Assembly: GCF_009914755.1 (NCBI RefSeq)
Contig: NC_060946.1
DNA length: 64,000 nucleotides
Source: the human T2T-CHM13v2.0 reference genome, Homo sapiens
Reading direction: 5' to 3' (one strand)
The notes below the pieces were generated by a model that saw nothing but the letters and a program-made list of their open reading frames with translations, made no database searches and had not been told where the DNA came from. The position numbers and the translations under genes are program-made. Shown here piece by piece: positions 56,501 through 64,000 of this stretch. Each line of letters opens with the position of its first letter. The stretch's first letter is position 1.

Positions 56501-58258
56501 CATTGGCCTCAAAGCACTCCTAATATCCATTTACAGATGTCACAGAAAGAGTGTTTCCAAACTGCTCAATCAAAAGAAAGTGATTAACTCTGTGAGGTGA
56601 AAGCACACATCTCAAAGAAGTTTCTCCGAAAGCTTCGGTCTAGTTTTCATGTGATGATATTTCCAGTCTCACCATAGGCCTCAAAGGGCTAAGAAATATC
56701 CCTTTCCAGATTCTAAAAGACCACCATTTCCATACTTCTCAATCAAAAGAAAGGTTACATTCTGTGAGGTTAATGCACACATCAGAATGAAGTTTCTCAG
56801 AATTCTCCTGTCTAGTTTTCATGGGAAGATATTTACTATTTCACTCTAGGCTTCAAATGTCTCAAAAATATCCCTTTGCAGATTCTACAAAATATGCTTT
56901 CCAAAGTGCTGAATTAAAAGAAACCTTCAACTCTGTCCGATGAATGGAGAGGCATCACAACGAAGTTCCTCAGAATGCTTCTGTCTAGTTTAAATGTGAA
57001 GATATTTCTTTTTCACCATAGACCTCAAAGGGCTCAGAATTAGACCTTTGCAGATTGCAGAGAAAGACTGTCTCTAAACTGCTCAAATAAAATAAAGTTT
57101 CAACACGGTGAGATGAATGCACACATCACAAAGAAGTTCCTCAGAAAGCTTCTGTCTGGTTTTTATGTGAAGATATTTCCTTTTTCACCATAGGCCTTAC
57201 ACCGCTCACAAATATCCTTCTGCAGATACTAGAAAAAGACTGTTTCCAAACTGCTCCATCAAAAGAAAATTTCACCCATCTGAGATGAATGCACACATCA
57301 TAAAGAAGTTCCTCAGAATTCTTCTGTCTAGTTTTTATGTGAAGATGTTTCCATTTTCACCTTAGGCCACAAAGCGCTCCAAACATCCGTTTGCAGATGA
57401 TACGAAAGGACTGTTTCCAAACTGCTCAATCAAAAGAAATTTTCAACTCTGTGAGATGAGAGCACACATCACAAAAAAGTTTCTCAGAAATCTTCTGTCT
57501 CGCTTTTATCTCAAGATAATTCCTATTTTGCCATAGGAATCAAGGGGCTCACATATATCCCTTTGCGGATTCTACAAAAGTTCTCTTTACAAACTTCTCA
57601 ATCAAAAGAAACGTTCAACATTGGGAGATGAATGAACACATCCCAAAGAAGTTTCTCAGGTTGCTTCTGTCTGGTTGCTATGTGAAGATGTTTCCTTTTT
57701 CACCATGGTCTTTAAGCCACTCAAACATACCTGTCTGCAGACTCTACAAAAAGACTGTTTCCAAACTGGCCCATATAGCATGTTTCAACTATGTGAAATG
57801 AATGCACTCATCAAAAAGAAGTTTCTCAGGATTCTCCTGTCTAGTTTTTATGTGAAGATATTTCCTTTTTCACCGTAGGCCACAAATTGCTCCAAATATC
57901 CATTTGCAGATTCTACAAAAAGAATGTTCCCAAACTGGTCAATCAAAAGAAAGGCGCAACTCTGTGAGACGAAAGCACACATCACAAAGAAGTTTCCCGG
58001 AAAGCTTCTGTCTACATTTTATGTGAACGTATTTCCTTTGGCACCATAGGCCTTAAACCGCTCGCAAATATAACTCCAATTAAACGACCTAGAGACTTTC
58101 TCCAGATTGCTAAATCAAAAGAAAGGTTCAACTCTGTGAGATGAATACACACATCAAAAAGAAGTTTCTCAAAATGCTTCTGTCTAGTTTTCATGGGAAG
58201 ATATTTATTTTTCACCGTTGGCCCCAAACCGCTCAGAAATATCCCTTTGCAGTTTGTA
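44552..58258 (-). repeat. Two-HOR (6854-bp, 40-monomer) super-repeat present twice in tandem: copies 14+15 and 16+17
   Basis: Rare alleles recur at 6854-bp spacing (6853 after the deletion): A at 46880/53734, G at 47425/54279, T at 48287/55141 and G at 50555/57408. Boundaries are approximate. Confidence 0.85.
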
Positions 58259-61200
58259 GAAAAAGACTGCTTCCAAACTGCTCAATGAAAGGAAATGGCC
58301 AACTATTAGAGATGAATGGAAATGTCACAAAGAGTTTTCTCAAAAAGCTACTGTGTCGTTTTCATGTGAAGACATTGCCTTTGGCACCCTAGGCCTTAAA
58401 ACTCTCTAAATGCACATTCACAGATTCTACAAAAAGACTGATTCCAAACTGCTCAATCAGAAGAAGGGTTCAATTCCGTGTGACAAACGTGCACATCACC
58501 AAGAAATTTGTCAGAAAGCTTCTGTCTACTTTTTATGTGAAGATATTTCATATTTCAACAAAGGCCATAAAGGGCTCACAAATATCCCTTCGCAGATTCT
58601 AAGAAAAGACGTTTTCCAAACTCCTCACTCAAAAGAAAGGTTTAACACTGTGAGATGAATGGACACATCACGAAGAAGTTTCTCAGAAAGCTTCTGTCTA
58701 GTTTTTCTGTGAAGATATTTCTTTTTCACCATAGGCCTCAAGCAGCTAAGAAATTTCCCTCTGCAGCTTCTACCAAAGGCTGTTTCCAAACTGCTCAACT
58801 GAAAGAAAGGTTGAATTCTGTGACATGAATTCACACATCACAAAGAGGTTTTTCAGAAATCTCCTGTCTGGTTTTTAGGTGAAGATACTTCCTTTTTCAC
58901 CACGGGCCTCAAATATCTCCAAATATCCATTTGCAGATTCTACAGAAAGACTTTCCAAACTGCTCCATCAAAAGAAAGGTTCAACACTGTGAGATGAAGG
59001 CACACATCACCAAGAAGTTTCTCAGAAACCTTCTGTCTAGTTTTTAGGTGAAGATACTTCGTATTTCACCACAGGCCATAAAGGGCTCACAAATATCCCT
59101 TTGCAGGTTCTACAAAAAGACTGTTTCCAAACTGCCCAATCAAAGGAGAGGTTCAACTCTGTGACGTGAATGGACACATCACAAAAAATTTCTTAGAATG
59201 CTTCCGTCTAGTTCTTATGGGAAGATATTTCTCTTTCACCATAAGCCTCAAACGGATCAGAATTCTCCCTCTGCAGATTGTACGATAAGCCTCTTTCCAA
59301 TCTGCTCAATCAAAAGAAAGTTTCCACTCGGTGAGGTGAATGCACACATCGCAAGGGAGTTTCTCAGAAAGCTTCTGTTTAGTTTTTACGTGAAGATATT
59401 TCGTTTTTCACCACGGGCCTCAAAAGCTCTCCAAATATCCATTTGCATATTCTAGAAAAAGAGTGTTTCCAAACTCCTCAATCAAAGGATAGTTTCAATT
59501 CTGTGAGACGAAAGCACACATCACAACGAAGTTTCTTAGAAAGCGTCTGTGAAGTTTTTATGTGAAGATACTTCACATTGCATCACAGTACTCAAGGGGC
59601 TCAGAAATATCCCCTTGCAGATCCTACAAAAGGACTGTTTCAAAACTGCTCAATCCAAAGAAAGTTTCAACTATGTGAGACGAATGCACACGTCACGAAG
59701 AAGTGCCTCAGAATGCTTCTGTCTAGTTTATATGTGAAGAAGATTCCTATTCCACCATAGGCAATAAAGGGCTCACAAATATGTTTTGCAGATTCTACAA
59801 AAAGACTGTACCCAAACTGCTCAATAAAAAGAAAGTTTTAACTCTGTTAGGTTAATGGACACATCAAAAAGTAGTTTCTCAGAAAACTTCTGTGTAGTTT
59901 TTATGTGAAGATATTTCCTTTGTCACCATTGGCCTCAAAGCACTCCTAATATCCATTTACAGATGTCACAGAAAGAGTGTTTCCAAACTGCTCAATCAAA
60001 AGAAAGTGATTAACTCTGTGAGGTGAAAGCACACATCTCAAAGAAGTTTCTCCGAAAGCTTCGGTCTAGTTTTCATGTGATGATATTTCCAGTCTCACCA
60101 TAGGCCTCAAAGGGCTAAGAAATATCCCTTTCCAGATTCTAAAAGACCACCATTTCCATACTTCTCAATCAAAAGAAAGGTTACATTCTGTGAGGTTAAT
60201 GCACACATCAGAATGAAGTTTCTCAGAATTCTCCTGTCTAGTTTTCATGGGAAGATATTTACTATTTCACTCTAGGCTTCAAATGTCTCAAAAATATCCC
60301 TTTGCAGATTCTACAAAAATATGCTTTCCAAAGTGCTGAATTAAAAGAAACCTTCAACTCTGTCCGATGAATGGAGAGGCATCACAACGAAGTTCCTCAG
60401 AATGCTTCTGTCTAGTTTAAATGTGAAGATATTTCTTTTTCACCATAGACCTCAAAGGGCTCAGAATTAGACCTTTGCAGATTGCAGAGAAAGACTGTCT
60501 CTAAACTGCTCAAATAAAATAAAGTTTCAACACGGTGAGATGAATGCACACATCACAAAGAAGTTCCTCAGAAAGCTTCTGTCTGGTTTTTATGTGAAGA
60601 TATTTCCTTTTTCACCATAGGCCTTACACCGCTCACAAATATCCTTCTGCAGATACTAGAAAAAGACTGTTTCCAAACTGCTCCATCAAAAGAAAATTTC
60701 ACCCATCTGAGATGAATGCACACATCATAAAGAAGTTCCTCAGAATTCTTCTGTCTAGTTTTTATGTGAAGATGTTTCCATTTTCACCTTAGGCCACAAA
60801 GCGCTCCAAACATCCGTTTGCAGATGATACGAAAAGACTGTTTCCAAACTGCTCAATCAAAAGAAATTTTCAACTCTGTGAGATGAGAGCACACATCACA
60901 AAAAAGTTTCTCAGAAATCTTCTGTCTCGCTTTTATCTCAAGATAATTCCTATTTTGCCATAGGAATCAAGGGGCTCACATATATCCCTTTGCGGATTCT
61001 ACAAAAGTTCTCTTTACAAACTTCTCAATCAAAAGAAACGTTCAACATTGGGAGATGAATGAACACATCCCAAAGAAGTTTCTCAGGTTGCTTCTGTCTG
61101 GTTGCTATGTGAAGATGTTTCCTTTTTCACCATGGTCTTTAAGCCACTCAAACATACCTGTCTGCAGACTCTACAAAAAGACTGTTTCCAAACTGGCCCA

Positions 61201-64000
61201 TATAGCATGTTTCAACTATGTGAAATGAATGCACTCATCAAAAAGAAGTTTCTCAGGATTCTCCTGTCTAGTTTTTATGTGAAGATATTTCCTTTTTCAC
61301 CGTAGGCCACAAATTGCTCCAAATATCCATTTGCAGATTCTACAAAAAGAATGTTCCCAAACTGGTCAATCAAAAGAAAGGCGCAACTCTGTGAGACGAA
61401 AGCACACATCACAAAGAAGTTTCCCGGAAAGCTTCTGTCTACATTTTATGTGAACGTATTTCCTTTGGCACCATAGGCCTTAAACCGCTCGCAAATATAA
61501 CTTCAATTAAACGACCTAGAGACTTTCTCCAGATTGCTAAATCAAAAGAAAGGTTCAACTCTGTGAGATGAATACACACATCAAAAAGAAGTTTCTCAAA
61601 ATGCTTCTGTCTAGTTTTCATGGGAAGATATTTATTTTTCACCGTTGGCCCCAAACCGCTCAGAAATATCCCTTTGCAGTTTGTAGAAAAAGACTGCTTC
61701 CAAACTGCTCAATGAAAGGAAATGGCCAACTATTAGAGATGAATGGAAATGTCACAAAGAGTTTTCTCAAAAAGCTACTGTGTCGTTTTCATGTGAAGAC
61801 ATTGCCTTTGGCACCCTAGGCCTTAAAACTCTCTAAATGCACATTCACAGATTCTACAAAAAGACTGATTCCAAACTGCTCAATCAGAAGAAGGGTTCAA
61901 TTCCGTGTGACAAACGTGCACATCACCAAGAAATTTGTCAGAAAGCTTCTGTCTACTTTTTATGTGAAGATATTTCATATTTCAACAAAGGCCATAAAGG
62001 GCTCACAAATATCCCTTCGCAGATTCTAAGAAAAGACGTTTTCCAAACTCCTCACTCAAAAGAAAGGTTTAACACTGTGAGATGAATGGACACATCACGA
62101 AGAAGTTTCTCAGAAAGCTTCTGTCTAGTTTTTCTGTGAAGATATTTCTTTTTCACCATAGGCCTCAAGCAGCTAAGAAATTTCCCTCTGCAGCTTCTAC
62201 CAAAGGCTGTTTCCAAACTGCTCAACTGAAAGAAAGGTTGAATTCTGTGACATGAATTCACACATCACAAAGAGGTTTTTCAGAAATCTCCTGTCTGGTT
62301 TTTAGGTGAAGATACTTCCTTTTTCACCACGGGCCTCAAATATCTCCAAATATCCATTTGCAGATTCTACAGAAAGACTTTCCAAACTGCTCCATCAAAA
62401 GAAAGGTTCAACACTGTGAGATGAAGGCACACATCACCAAGAAGTTTCTCAGAAACCTTCTGTCTAGTTTTTAGGTGAAGATACTTCGTATTTCACCACA
62501 GGCCATAAAGGGCTCACAAATATCCCTTTGCAGGTTCTACAAAAAGACTGTTTCCAAACTGCCCAATCAAAGGAGAGGTTCAACTCTGTGACGTGAATGG
62601 ACACATCACAAAAAATTTCTTAGAATGCTTCCGTCTAGTTCTTATGGGAAGATATTTCTCTTTCACCATAAGCCTCAAACGGATCAGAATTCTCCCTCTG
62701 CAGATTGTACGATAAGCCTCTTTCCAATCTGCTCAATCAAAAGAAAGTTTCCACTCGGTGAGGTGAATGCACACATCGCAAGGGAGTTTCTCAGAAAGCT
62801 TCTGTTTAGTTTTTACGTGAAGATATTTCGTTTTTCACCACGGGCCTCAAAAGCTCTCCAAATATCCATTTGCATATTCTAGAAAAAGAGTGTTTCCAAA
62901 CTCCTCAATCAAAGGATAGTTTCAATTCTGTGAGACGAAAGCACACATCACAACGAAGTTTCTTAGAAAGCGTCTGTGAAGTTTTTATGTGAAGATACTT
63001 CACATTGCATCACAGTACTCAAGGGGCTCAGAAATATCCCCTTGCAGATCCTACAAAAGGACTGTTTCAAAACTGCTCAATCCAAAGAAAGTTTCAACTA
63101 TGTGAGACGAATGCACACGTCACGAAGAAGTGCCTCAGAATGCTTCTGTCTAGTTTATATGTGAAGAAGATTCCTATTCCACCATAGGCAATAAAGGGCT
63201 CACAAATATGTTTTGCAGATTCTACAAAAAGACTGTATCCAAACTGCTCAATAAAAAGAAAGTTTTAACTCTGTTAGGTTAATGGACACATCAAAAAGTA
63301 GTTTCTCAGAAAACTTCTGTGTAGTTTTTATGTGAAGATATTTCCTTTGTCACCATTGGCCTCGAAGCACTCCTAATATCCATTTACAGATGTCACAGAA
63401 AGAGTGTTTCCAAACTGCTCAATCAAAAGAAAGTGTTTAACTCTGTGAGGTGAAAGCACACATCTCAAAGAAGTTTCTCCGAAAGCTTCGGTCTAGTTTT
63501 CATGTGATGATATTTCCAGTCTCACCATAGGCCTCAAAGGGCTAAGAAATATCCCTTTCCAGATTCTAAAAGACCACCATTTCCATACTTCTCAATCAAA
63601 AGAAAGGTTACATTCTGTGAGGTTAATGCACACATCAGAATGAAGTTTCTCAGAATTCTCCTGTCTAGTTTTCATGGGAAGATATTTACTATTTCACTCT
63701 AGGCTTCAAATGTCTCAAAAATATCCCTTTGCAGATTCTACAAAAATATGCTTTCCAAAGTGCTGAATTAAAAGAAACCTTCAACTCTGTCCGATGAATG
63801 GAGAGGCATCACAACGAAGTTCCTCAGAATGCTTCTGTCTAGTTTAAATGTGAAGATATTTCTTTTTCACCATAGACCTCAAAGGGCTCAGAATTAGACC
63901 TTTGCAGATTGCAGAGAAAGACTGTCTCTAAACTGCTCAAATAAAATAAAGTTTCAACACGGTGAGATGAATGCACACATCACAAAGAAGTTCCTCAGAA

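Larger units (their letters stand above)
1..64000 (-). repeat. Alpha-satellite (ALR) higher-order repeat array, 20-monomer HOR, 3427-bp period, ~18.7 copies, single orientation
   Basis: Alphoid motifs recur every ~171 bp (ttccaaactgctcaatcaaaagaaaggttcaactctgtgagatgaatgcacacatcacaaagaagtttctcagaa). The ORF track repeats at exactly +3427 (152, 3579, 7006 ... 54984), with one +3426 step to 58410. With arbitrary phase, copies start at 1, 3428, 6855, 10282, 13709, 17136, 20563, 23990, 27417, 30844, 34271, 37698, 41125, 44552, 47979, 51406, 54833, 58259 and 61686 (partial). The + strand is the reverse complement of the conventional alphoid consensus orientation. Confidence 0.99.

Noticed and set aside
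152-63187. Eight short ORFs (60-85 aa) recurring in every HOR copy
   Set aside because: They are chance open frames of alphoid DNA. They overlap on both strands, several start at GTG/TTG, they resemble each other through the monomer periodicity, and they have no recognisable domain or gene structure. Their conservation simply reflects HOR identity.
1-64000. CRISPR-like repeat/spacer reading of conserved blocks alternating with variable blocks
   Set aside because: The variable parts are homologous between monomers and recur exactly every 3427 bp. There are no unique spacers and no cas genes.
1-64000. Transposon insertions (L1/Alu), inversions or non-alphoid islands
   Set aside because: The constant 3427-bp register and single orientation across the window leave no room for them, and none were seen.

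Overview
The whole 64-kb window is primate (most likely human) alpha-satellite DNA. It is one uninterrupted head-to-tail higher-order repeat (HOR) array with a 3427-bp period of 20 diverged ~171-bp monomers, present as 18 complete copies plus a partial 19th. Copies differ by about 0-9 substitutions by eye (>99.7% identical), and there is a single 1-bp indel, in copy 17. Every monomer carries an A-type (pJ-alpha-like) box and I found no CENP-B box. This fits an SF4-type, probably kinetochore-inactive HOR; a 20-mer such as chr15 S4C15H3 or an acrocentric SF4 20-mer is my unverified candidate. There are no genes, RNA genes or transposons, and all ORFs in the track are periodic by-products of the satellite. 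I do not see a novel gene-based system. The informative signal is the pattern of copy-specific variants: 2-HOR (6854-bp) super-repeats, mosaic haplotypes and shared short tracts between distant copies, all pointing to recent duplication and gene conversion. Variant calls were made by eye and may be incomplete.
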